A DNA stretch of 64,000 nucleotides from NCBI GenBank assembly GCA_039621445.1, contig CP154954.1:27578123-27642122 (forward strand), given 5' to 3'. This document shows positions 49,501 through 61,300 of the stretch, piece by piece. The translations under genes and the position numbers were made by a program. The stretch's first letter is position 1; the number at the start of each line of letters is the position of its first letter. The notes beneath the pieces are model-generated. The model ran no database searches. It had not been told where the DNA came from and saw only the letters and a program-made list of their open reading frames with translations. Source of the stretch: Euglena gracilis (lineage: Eukaryota).

Positions 49501-52320
49501 GGACACTTTGGTCAAAGTTGCCTTGGCCAGGGACACTTTGGTCAAAGTGGCCTTGGCCAGGGACAGTTTGGTCAAAGTGGCCTTGGCCAGGGACACTTTG
49601 GTCAAAGTGGCATTGGCCAGGGATACTTTGGTTAAAGTGCCCTTGGCCAGGGACACTTTGGTCAAAGTGGCCTTGGCCAGGGACACTTTGGTCAAAGTTG
49701 CCTTGGCCAGGGACACTTTGGTCAAAGTGGCCTTGGCCAGGGACAGTTTGGTCAAAGTGGCCTTGGCCAGGGACACTTTGGTCAAAGTGGCCTTGGCCAG
49801 GGACACTTTTATCAAAGTGGCCTTCGCCAGGGACACTCTGGTCAAACTGGCCTTGGCCAGGGACACTTTGGTCAAACTGGCCTTCGCCAGGGACACTTTG
49901 GTCAAAGTTGCCTTGGCCAGGGACACTTTGGTCAAAGTGGCCTTGGCCAGGGACATTTTGGTCAAAGTGGCCTTGGCCAGTGACACCTTGGTCAAAGTGG
50001 CCTTGGCCAGGGAAACTTTGGTCAAAGTGGCCTTGGCCAGGGACACTGTGGTCAAAGTGGCCTTGGCCAGGGACACTTTGGTCAAAGTGGCCTTGGCCAG
50101 GGACACTTTGGTCAAAGTGGCCTTGGCCAGGGACAATTTGGTCAACGTGGCCTTGGCCAGGGACACTTTGGTCAAAGTGGCCTTGGCCAGGGACACTTTG
50201 GTCAAAGTTGCCTTGGCCAGGGACACTTTGGTCAAAGTGGCCTTGGCCAGGGACACTTTGGTCAAAGTGGCGTTGTCCAGGGACACTTTGGTCAAAAATG
50301 GCATTGGCCAGGGACACTTTGGTCAAAGTGGCCTTGGCCAGGGACACTTTGGTCAAAGTGGCCTTGGCCAGGGACACTTTGGTCAAAGCGGCCTTGGACA
50401 GGGATCCTTTGGTCAAAGTGGCCTTGGCCAGGGACACTTTGGTCAAAGTAGCATTGGCCAGGGACACTTTGGTCAACGTGCCCTTGGCCAGGGACACTTT
50501 GGTCAAAGTGGCCTTGGCCAGGGACACTTTGGTCAAATTGGCCTTGGCCAGGGACACTTTGGTCAAAGTGGCCTTGGCCAGGGACACTTTGGTCAAAGTG
50601 GCCTTGGCCAGGGACACTTTGGTCAAAGTGGCCTTGGCCAGGGACACTTTGGTCAAAGTGGCCTTGGCCAGGGACACTTTGGTCAAAGTGGCCTTGGCCA
50701 GGGACACTTTGGTCAAAGTGGCCTTGGCCAGGGACACTTTGGTCAAAGTGGCCTTGGCCAGGGATCCTTTGGTCAAAGTGGCCTTGGCCAGGGACACTTT
50801 GGTCAAAGTGGCCTTGGCCAGGGACACTTTGGTCAAAGTGGCCTTGGCCAGGGATCCTTTGGTCAAAGTGGCCTTCGCCAGGGACACTTTGGTCAGAGTG
50901 GCATTGGCCAGGGACACTTTGGTCAAAGTGGCCTTGGCCAGGGACACTTTGGTCAAAGTGGCCTTGGCCAGGGACACTTTGGTCAAAGTGGCCTTGGCCA
51001 GGGACACTTTGGTCAAAGTGGCCTTGGCCAGGGACACTTTGGTCAAAGTGGCCTTGGCCAGGGACACTTTGGTCAAAGTGACCTTGGCCCGGGACACTTT
51101 GGTCAAAGCGGCCTTGGCCAGGGACACTTTGGTCAATGTGGCCTTGGCCAGGGACACTTTGGTCAAAGTGGCCTTGGCCAGGGACACTTTGGTCAAAGTG
51201 GCCTTGGCCGGGGACACTTTGGTCAAAGTGGCCTTGGCCAGGGACACTTTGGTCAACGTGCCCTTGGCCAGGGACACTTTGGTCAGAGTGGCCTTGGCCA
51301 GGGACACTTTGGTCAGAGTGGCATTGGCCAGGGACACTTTGGTCAAAGTGGCCTTGGCCAGGGACACTTTGGTCAAAGCGGCCTTGGCCAGGGACACTTT
51401 GGTCAAAGCGGCCTTGGGCAGGGGTCCTTTGGTCAAAGTGGCCTTGGCCAGGGACACTTTGGTCAAAGTGGACTTGGCTAGGGACACTTTGGTCAAAGTG
51501 GGATTCGCCAGGGACACTTTGGTCAAAGTGGCTTTGGCCAGGGACACTTTGGTCAAAGTGGCCTTGGCCAGGGACACTTTGGTCAAAGTGGCCTTGGCCA
51601 GGGACACTTTGGTCAAAGTGGCCTTGGCCAGGGACACTTTGGTCAACGTGCCCTTGGCCAGGGACACTTTGGTCAAAGTGGCCTTGGCCAGGGACACTTT
51701 GGTCAAATTGGCCTTGGCCAGGGACACTTTGGTCAAAGTGGCCTTGGCCAGGGACACTTTGGTCAACGTGCCCTTGGCCAGGGACACTTTGGTCAAAGTG
51801 GCCTTGGCCAGGGACACTTTGGTCAAAGTGGCCTTGGCCAGGGACACTTTGGTCAAAGTGGCCTTGGCCAGGGACACTTTGGTCAAAGTGGCCTTGGCCA
51901 GGGACACTTTGGTCAAAGTGGCCTTGGCCAGGGACACTTTGGTCAAAGTGGCCTTGGCCAGGGACACTTTGGTCAAAGTGGCCTTGGCCAGGGACACTTT
52001 GGTCAAAGTGGCCTTGGCCAGGGATCCTTTGGTCAAAGTGGCCTTGGCCAGGGACACTTTGGTCAAAGTGGCCTTGGCCAGGGACACTTTGGTCAAAGTG
52101 GCCTTGGCCAGGGATCCTTTGGTCAAAGTGGCCTTGGCCAGGGATCCTTTGGTCAAAGTGGCCTTCGCCAGGGACACTTTGGTCAGAGTGGCATTGGCCA
52201 GGGACACTTTGGTCAAAGTGGCCTTGGCCAGGGACACTTTGGTCAAAGTGGCCTTGGCCAGGGACACTTTGGTCAAAGTGGCCTTGGCCAGGGACACTTT
52301 GGTCAAAGTGGCCTTGGCCA
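46501..52320 (+). repeat. 2911-bp near-identical tandem duplication within the 30-mer array
   Basis: GACACTTTTATCAAAGTGGCCTTCGCC at 46501/49412 and the 31-bp unit TCAAAAATGG at 47381/50292 are both 2911 bp apart, with the same intervening variant order. Confidence 0.9.
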
Positions 52321-55300
52321 GGGACACTTTGGTCAAAGTGACCTTGTCCAGGGACACTTTGGTCAAATTGGCCTTGGCCCGGGACACTTTGGTCAAAGCG
52401 GCCTTGGCCAGGGACACTTTGGTCAATGTGGCCTTGGCCAGGGACACTTTGGTCAAAGTGGCCTTGGCCAGGGACACTTTGGTCAAAGCGGCCTTGGGCA
52501 GGGGTCCTTTGGTCAAAGCTGCCTTGGGCAGGGGTCCTTTGGTCAAAGTGGCCTTGGCCAGGGATCCTTTGGTCAAAGTGGCCTTCGCCAGGGACACTTT
52601 GGTCAAAGCGGCCTTGGCCAGGGACACTTTGGTCAATGTGGCCTTGGCCAGGGACACTTTGGTCAAAGTGGCCTTGGCCAGGGACACTTTGGTCAAAGCG
52701 GCCTTGGCCAGGGACACTTTGGTCAAAGCGGCCTTGGGCAGGGGTCCTTTGGTCAAATTGGCCTTGGCCAGGGACACTTTGGTCAAAGTGGACTTGGCTA
52801 GGGACACTTTGGTCAAAGTGGGATTCGCCAGGGACACTTTTGTCAAAGTGGCTTTGGCCAGGGACACTTTGGTCAAAGTGGCCTTGGCCAGGGACACTTT
52901 GGTCAAAGTGGCCTTGGCCAGGGACACTTTGGTCAAAGCAGCCTTGGCCAGGGTCGCTTTGGTCAAAGTGGCCTTGGCCAGGGACACTTTGGTCAAAGTG
53001 GCCTTGGCCAGGGACACTTTGGTCAAAGTGGCCTTGGCCAGGGACACTTTGGTCAAAATTTGCCTTGGCCAGGGACACTTTGGTCAAAGTGGCCTTGGCC
53101 AGGGACACGTTGGTCAAAGTGGCATTGGCCAGGGACACTTTGGTCAAAGTGGCCTTGGCCAGGGACACTTTGGTCAAAGTGGCCTTGGCCAGGGACACTT
53201 TGGTCAAAGTGGCCTTGGCCAGGGACACTTTGGTCAAAGTGGCCTTGGCCAGGGACACTTTGGTCAAAGTGGCCTTGGCCAGGGACACTTTGCTCCAAGT
53301 TGCCTTGGCCAGTGACACTTTGGTCATGGTGGCCTTCGCCAGGGACACTTTGGTCAAAGTGGCCTTGGCCAGGGACACTTTGGTCAAAGTGGCCTTGACC
53401 AAGGACACTTTGGTCAATGTGGCCTTGGCCAGGGACACTTTCGTCAAAGTGGCCTTGGCCAGGGACACTTTGGTCAAAGTGGCCTTGGCCAGGGACACTT
53501 TGGTCAAAGTGGCCTTGGCCAGGGACACTTTGGTCAAAGTGGCCTTGGCCAGGGACACTTTGGTCAAAGTGGCCTTGGCCAGGGACACTTTGGTCAAAGT
53601 GGCCTTGGCCAGGCACACTTTGGTCAAAGTGGCCTTGGCCAGGGATCCTTTGGTCAAAGTGGCCTTGGCCAGGGACACTTTGGTCAAAGTGGCCTTGGCC
53701 AGGGACACTTTGGTCAAAGTTGCCTTGGCCAGGGATCCTTTGGTCAAAGTGGCCTTCGCCAGGGACACTTTGGTCAGAGTGGCATTGGCCAGGGACACTT
53801 TGGTCAAAGTGGCCTTGGCCAGGGACACTTTGGTCAAAGTGGCCTTGGCCAGGGACACTTTGGTCAAAGTGGCCTTGGCCAGGGACACTTTGGTCAAAGT
53901 GGCCTTGGCCAGGGACACTTTAGTCAAAGTGACCTTGGCCAGGGACACTTTGGTCAAATTGGCCTTGGCCCGGGACACTTTGGTCAAAGCAGCCTTGGCC
54001 AGGGACACTTTGGTCAATGTGGCCTTGGCCAGGGACACTTTGGTCAAAGTGGCCTTGGCCAGGGACACTTTGGTCAAAGCGGCCTTGGCCAGGGACACTT
54101 TGGTCAAAGCGGCCTTGGGCAGGGGTCCTTTGGTCAAAGTGGCCTTGGCCAGGGACACTTTGGTCAAAGTTGCCTTGGCCAGGGATCCTTTGGTCAAAGT
54201 GGCCTTCGCCAGGGACACTTTGGTCAGAGTGGCATTGGCCAGGGACACTTTGGTCAAAGTGGCCTTGGCCAGGGACACTTTGGTCAAAGTGGCCTTGGCC
54301 AGGGACACTTTGGTCATAGTGGCCTTGGCCAGGGACACTTTGGTCAAAGTGGCCTTGGCCAGGGACACTTTAGTCAAAGTGACCTTGTCCAGGGACACTT
54401 TGGTCAAATTGGCCTTGGCCCGGGACACTTTGGTCAATGTGGCCTTGGCCAGGGACACTTTGGTCAAAGTGGCCTTGGCCAGGAACACTTTGGTCAAAGC
54501 GGCCTTGGCCAGGGACACTTTGGTCAAAGCGGCCTTGGGCAGGGGTCCTTTGGTCAAAGTGGCCTTGGCCAGGGACACTTTGGTCAAAGTGGACTTGGCT
54601 AGGGACACTTTGGTCAAAGTGGGATTCGCCAGGGACACTTTTGTCAAAGTGGCTTTGGCCAGGGACACTTTGGTCAAAGTGGCCTTGGCCAGGGACACTT
54701 TGGTCAAAGTGGCCTTGGCCAGGGACACTTTGGTCAAAGCGGCCTTGGCCAGGGTCGCTTTGGTCAAAGTGGCCTTGGCCAGGGACACTTTGGTCAAAGT
54801 GGCCTTGGCCAGGGACACTTTGGTCAAAGTGGCCTTGGCCAGGGACACTTTGGTCAAAGTGGCCTTGGCCAGGGACACTTTGGTCAAAATTTGCCTTGGC
54901 CAGGGACACTTTGGTCAAAGTGGCCTTGGCCAGGGACACGTTGGTCAAAGTGGCATTGGCCAGGGACACTTTGGTCAAAGTGGCCTTGGCCAGGGACACT
55001 TTGGTCAAAGTGGCCTTGGCCAGGGACACTTTGGTCAAAGTGGCCTTGGCCAGGGACACTTTGGTCATAGTGGCCTTGGCCAGGGACACTTTGGTCAAAG
55101 TGGCCTTGGCCAGGGACACTTTAGTCAAAGTGACCTTGTCCAGGGACACTTTGGTCAAATTGGCCTTGGCCCGGGACACTTTGGTCAATGTGGCCTTGGC
55201 CAGGGACACTTTGGTCAAAGTGGCCTTGGCCAGGGACACTTTGGTCAAAGCGGCCTTGGCCAGGGACACTTTGGTCAAAGCGGCCTTGGGCAGGGGTCCT

Positions 55301-58300
55301 TTGGTCAAAGTGGCCTTGGCCAGGGACACTTTGGTCAAAGTGGACTTGGCCAGGGACACTTTGGTCAAAGTGGGATTCGCCAGGGACACTTTTGTCAAAG
55401 TGGCCTTGGCCAGGGACACTTTGGTCAAAGTGGCCTTGGCCAGGGACACTTTGGTCAAAGTGGCCTTGGCCAGGGACACTTTGGTCAAAGTGGCCTTGGC
55501 CAGGGACACTTTGGTCAAAATTTGCCTTGGCCAGGGACACTTTGGTCAAAGTGGCCTTGGCCAGGGACAGTTTGGTCAAAGTGGCCTTGGCCAGGGACAC
55601 TTTGGTCAAAGTGGCCTTGGCCAGGGACACTTTGGTCAAAGTGGCCTTGGCCAGGGACACTTTGGTCAAAGTGGCCTTGGCCAGGGACACTTTGGTCCAA
55701 GTTGCCTTGGCCAGTGACACTTTGGTCATGGTGGCCTTCGCCAGGGACACTTTGGTCAAAGTGGCCTTGGCCAGGGACACTTTGATCAAAGTGGCCTTGA
55801 CCAAGGACACTTTGGTCAATGTGGCCTTGGCCAGGGACACTTTCGTCAAAGTGGCCTTGGCCAGGGACACTTTGGTCAAAGTGGCCTTGTCCAGGGGCAC
55901 TTTGGTCAAATTTGCCTTGGCCAGGGACACTTGGGTCAAAGCGGCCTTGGCCAGGGATCCTTTGGTCAAAGGTGCCTTGGCCAGGGACACTTTGGTTAAA
56001 GTGGCCTTGGCCAGGGACAATTTGGTCAAAGTGGCCTTGGCCAGGGACACTTTGGTCAAAGTGGCCTTGGCCAGGGACACTTTGGTCAAAGTGGCCTTGG
56101 CCAGGGACACTTGGTCAAAGTGGCCTTGGCCAGGGACAGTTTGGTCAAAGTGGCCTTGGCCAGGGACACTTTGGTCAAAGTGGCCTTGGCCAGGGACACT
56201 TTGGCCAAAGTGGCCTTGGCCAGGGACACTTTGGTCAAAGTGGCCTTGGCCAGGGACACTTTGGTCAAAGTTGCCTTGGCCAGGGACACTTTGGTCAAAG
56301 TGGCCTTGGCCAGGGACACTTTGGTCAAAGTGGCCTTGGCCAGGGACACTTTGGTCAAAGTGCTCTTGGCCAGGGACACTTTGGTCAAAGTGGCCTTGGC
56401 CAGGGACACTTTGGTCAAAGTGGCCTTGGCCAGGGACACTTTGGTCAAAGCGGCCTTGGCCAGGGATCCTTTGGTAAAAGGTGCCTTGCCCAGGGACACT
56501 TTGGTTAAAGTGGCCTTGGCCAGGGACACTTTGGTCAAAGTGGCCTTGGCCAGGGACACTTTGGTCAAAGTGGCCTTGGCCAGGGACACTTTGGTAAAAG
56601 CGGCCTTGGCCAGGGTCGCTTTGGTCAAAGTGGCCTTGGCCAGGGACACTTTGGTCAAAGTGGCCTTGGCCAGGGACACTTTGGTCAAAGTGGCCTTGGC
56701 CAGGGACACTTTGGTCAAAGTGGCCTTGGCCAGGGACACTTTGGTCAAAATTTGCCTTGGCCAGGGACACTTTGGTCAAAGTGGCCTTGGCCAGGGACAC
56801 GTTGGTCAAAGTGGCATTGGCCAGGGACACTTTGGTCAAAGTGGCCTTGGCCAGGGACACTTTGGTCAAAGTGGCCTTGGCCAGGGACACTTTGGTCAAA
56901 GTGGCCTTGGCCAGGGACACTTTGGTCAAAGTGGCCTTGGCCAGGGACACTTTGGTCAAAGTGGCCTTGGCCAGGGACACTTTGGTCCAAGTTGCCTTGG
57001 CCAGTGACACTTTGGTCATGGTGGCCTTCGCCAGGGACACTTTGGTCAAAGCGGCCTTGGGCAGGGGTCCTTTGGGCAAAGTGGCCTTGGCCTTGGCCAG
57101 GGACACTTTGGTCAACGTGCCCTTGGCCTTCGACACTGTGGTCAAAGTGGCCTTGGCCAGGGACACTTTGGTCAAAGTGGCCTTGGCCAGGAACACTTTG
57201 GTCAAAGTGGCCTTGGCCAGTGACACCTTGGTCAAAGTGGCCTTGGCCAGGGACACCTTGGTCTAAGTGGCCTTGGCCAGGGACACTTTGGTCAAAGTGG
57301 CCTTGGCCAGGGACACTTTGGTCAAAGTGGCCTTGGCCAGGGACACTTTGGTCAAAGTGGCCTTGGCCAGGGACACCTTGGTCAAAGTGGCCTTGGCCAG
57401 GGACACTTTGGTCAAAGTGGCCTTGGCCAGGGACACTTTGGTCAAATTTGCCTTGACCAGGGACACTTTGGTCAAAGCGGCCTTGGCCAGGGACACTTTG
57501 GTCAAATTTGCCTTTTCCAGGGACACTTTGGTCAAAGTGGCCTTGGCCAGGGACACTTTGGTCAAGGGACCTTGTCCAGGGACACTTTGGTCAAATTTGC
57601 CTTGGCCAGGGACACTTTGGTCAAAGTGGCCTTGGCCAGGGACACTTTGGTCAAAGTGGCCTTGGCCAGGGACACTTTGGTCAAAGTGGCCTTGGCCAGG
57701 GACACTTTGGCCAAAGTGGCCTTGGCCAGGGACACTTTGGTCAAAGTGGCCTTGGCCAGGGACACTTTGGTCAAAGTGGCCTTGGCCAGGGACACTTTGG
57801 TCAAAGCGGCCTTGGCCAGGGATCCTTTGGTAAAAGGTGCCTTGCCCAGGGACACTTTGGTTAAAGTGGCCTTGGCCAGGGACACTTTGGTCAAAGTGGC
57901 CTTGGCCAGGGACACTTTGGTCAAAGTGGCCTTGGCCAGGGACACTTTGGTAAAAGCGGCCTTGGCCAGGGTCGCTTTGGTCAAAGTGGCCTTGGCCAGG
58001 GACACTTTGGTCAAAGTGGCCTTGGCTAGGGACACTTTGGTCAAAGTGGCCTTGGCCAGGGACACTTTGGTCAAAGTGGCCTTGGCCAGGGACACTTTGG
58101 TCAAAATTTGCCTTGGCCAGGGACACTTTGGTCAAAGTGGCCTTGGCCAGGGACACGTTGGTCAAAGTGGCATTGGCCAGGGACACTTTGGTCAAAGTGG
58201 CCTTGGCCAGGGACACTTTGGTCAAAGTGGCCTTGGCCAGGGACACTTTGGTCAAAGTGGCCTTGGCCAGGGACACTTTGGTCAAAGTGGCCTTGGCCAG

Positions 58301-61300
58301 GGACACTTTGGTCCAAGTTGCCTTGGCCAGTGACACTTTGGTCATGGTGGCCTTCGCCAGGGACACTTTGGTCAAAGCGGCCTTGGGCAGGGGTCCTTTG
58401 AGCAAAGTGGCCTTGGCCTTGGCCAGGGACACTTTGGTCAACGTGCCCTTGGCCTTCGACACTGTGGTCAAAGTGGCCTTGGCCAGGGACACTTTGGTCA
58501 AAGTGGCCTTGGCCAGGAACACTTTGGTCAAAGTGGCCTTGGCCAGTGACACCTTGGTCAAAGTGGCCTTGGCCAGGGACACCTTGGTCAAAGTGGCCTT
58601 GGCCAGGGACACTTTGGTCAAAGTGGCCTTGGCCAGGGACACTTTGGTCAAAGTGGCCTTGGCCAGGGACACTTTGGTCAAAGTGGCCTTGGCCAGGGAC
58701 ACCTTGGTCAAAGTGGCCTTGGCCAGGGACACTTTGGTCAAAGTGGCCTTGGCCAGGGACACTTTGGTCAAATTTGCCTTGACCAGGGACACTTTGGTCA
58801 AAGTGGCCTTGGCCAGGGACACTTTGGTCAAATTTGCCTTTTCCAGGGACACTTTGGTCAAAGTGGCCTTGGCCAGGGACACTTTGGTCAAGGGACCTTG
58901 TCCAGGGACACTTTGGTCAAATTTGCCTTGGCCAGGGACACTTTGGTCAAAGTGGCCTTGGCCAGGGACAGTTTGGTCAAAGTGGCCTTGGCCAGGGACA
59001 CTTTGGTCAAAGTGGCCTTGGCCAGGGACACTTTGGCCAAAGTGGCCTTGGCCAGGGACACTTTGGTCAAAGTGGCCTTGGCCAGGGACACTTTGGTCAA
59101 AGTTGCCTTGGCCAGGGACACTTTGGTCAAAGTGGCCTTGGCCAGGGACACTTTGGTCAAAGTGGCCTTGGCCAGGGACACTTTGGTCAAAGTTGCCTTG
59201 GCCAGGGACACTTTGGTCAAAGTGGCCTTCGCCAGGGACACTTTGGTCAAAGTTGCCTTGGCCAGGGACACTTTGGTCAACGTGACCTTGGCCAGCGACA
59301 CTGTGGTCAAAGTGGCCTTGGCCAGGGACACTTTGGTCAAAGTGGCCTTGGCCAGGAACACTTTGGTCAAAGTGGCCTTGGCCAGTGACACCTTGGTCAA
59401 AGTGGCCTTGGCCAGGGACACTTTGGTCAAAGTGGCCTTGGCCAGGGACACTTTGGTCAAAGTGGCCTTGGCCAGGGACACTTTGGTCAACGTTGCCTTG
59501 GCCAGGGACACTTTGGTAAAAGTGATCTTCGCCAGGGACAATTTGGTCAAGGTTGCCTTGGCCAGGGACACTTTGGTCAAAGTGGCCTTGTCCAGGGACA
59601 CTTTGGTCAAATTGGCCTTGGCCAGGGACACTTTGGTCAAAGTGGCCTTGGCCAGGGACACTTTGGTCAAGGGACCTTGTCCAGGGACACTTTGGTCAAA
59701 TTTGCCTTGGCCAGGGACACTTTGGTCAAAGTGGCCTTGGACAGGGACACTTTGGTCAAAGTGGCCTTGGCCAGGGACACTTTGGTCAAAGTTGCCTTGG
59801 CCAGGGACACTTTGGTCAAAGTGGCCTTGGCCAGGGACACTTTGGTCAACGTGCCCTTGGCCAGCGAACCTGTGGTCAAAGTGGCCTTGGCCAGGGACAC
59901 TTTGGTCAAAGTGGCCTTGGCCAGGGACACCTTGGTCAAAGTGGCCTTGGCCAGGGACACTTTGGTCAAAGTGGCCTTGGCCAGGGACACTTTGGTCAAA
60001 TTTGCCTTGACCAGGGACACTTTGGTCAAAGTGGCCTTGGCCAGGGACACTTTGGTCAACGTGACCTTGGCCAGCGAAACTGTGGTCAAACTGGCCTTGG
60101 CCAGGGACACTTTGGTCAAAGTGGCCTTGGCCAGGAACACTTTGGTCAAAGTGGCCTTGGCCAGTGACACCTTGGTCAAAGTGGCCTTGGCCAGGGACAC
60201 TTTGGTCAAAGTGGCCTTGTCCAGGGACACTTTGGTCAAATTTGCCTTGGCCAGGGACACTTTGGTCAAATCGGCCTTGGCCAGGGACAGTTTGGTCAAA
60301 GTGGCGTTGGCCAGGGACACTTTGGTCAAAGCGGCCTTGGCCAGGGACACTTTGGGCAAAGTGGCCTTGGCCAGGGACACTTTGGTCAAATTTGCCTTTT
60401 CCAGGGACACTTTGGTCAAAGTGGCCTTGGCCAGGGACACTTTGGTCAAGGGACCTTGTCCAGGGACACTTTAGTCAAATTTGCCTTGGCCAGGGACACT
60501 TTGGTCAAAGTGGCCTTGGCCAGGGACACTTCGGTCAAAGTGGCCTTGGCCAGGGACACTTTCTTTGGTCAAAGTGGCCTTGGCCAGGGACACTTTGGTC
60601 AAAGTTGCCTTGGCCAGGGACACTTTGGTCAAAGTGGCCTTCGCCAGGGACACTTTGGTCAAAGTTGCCTTGGCCAGGGACACTTTGGTCAACGTGACCT
60701 TGGCCAGCGACACTGTGGTCAAAGTGGCCTTGGCCAGGGACACTTTGGTCAAAGTGGCCTTGGCCAGGAACACTTTGGTCAAAGTGGCCTTGGCCAGTGA
60801 CACCTTGGTCAAAGTGGCCTTGGCCAGGGGCACTTTGGTCAAAGTGGCCTTGGCCAGGGACACTTTGGTCAAAGTGGCCTTGGCCAGGGACACTTTGGTC
60901 AAAGTTGCCTTGGCCAGGGACACTTTGGTAAAAGTGATCTTCGCCAGGGACAATTTGGTCAAGGTTGCCTTGGCCAGGGACACTTTGGTCAAAGTGGCCT
61001 TGTCCAGGTACACTTTGGTCAAATTGGCCTTGGCCAGGGACACTTTGGTCAAAGTGGCCTTGGCCAGGGACACTTTGGTCAAGGGACCTTGTCCAGGGAC
61101 ACTTTGGTCAAATTTGCCTTGGCTCAGGGACACTTTGGTCAAAGTGGCCTTGGCCAGGGACACTTTGGTCAAAGTGGCCTTGGCCAGGGACACTTTGGTC
61201 AAAGTGGCCTTGGCCAGGGACACTTTGGTCAAAGTTGCCTTGGCCAGGGACACTTTGGTCAAAGTGGCCTTCGCCAGGGACACTTTGGTCAAAGTTGCCT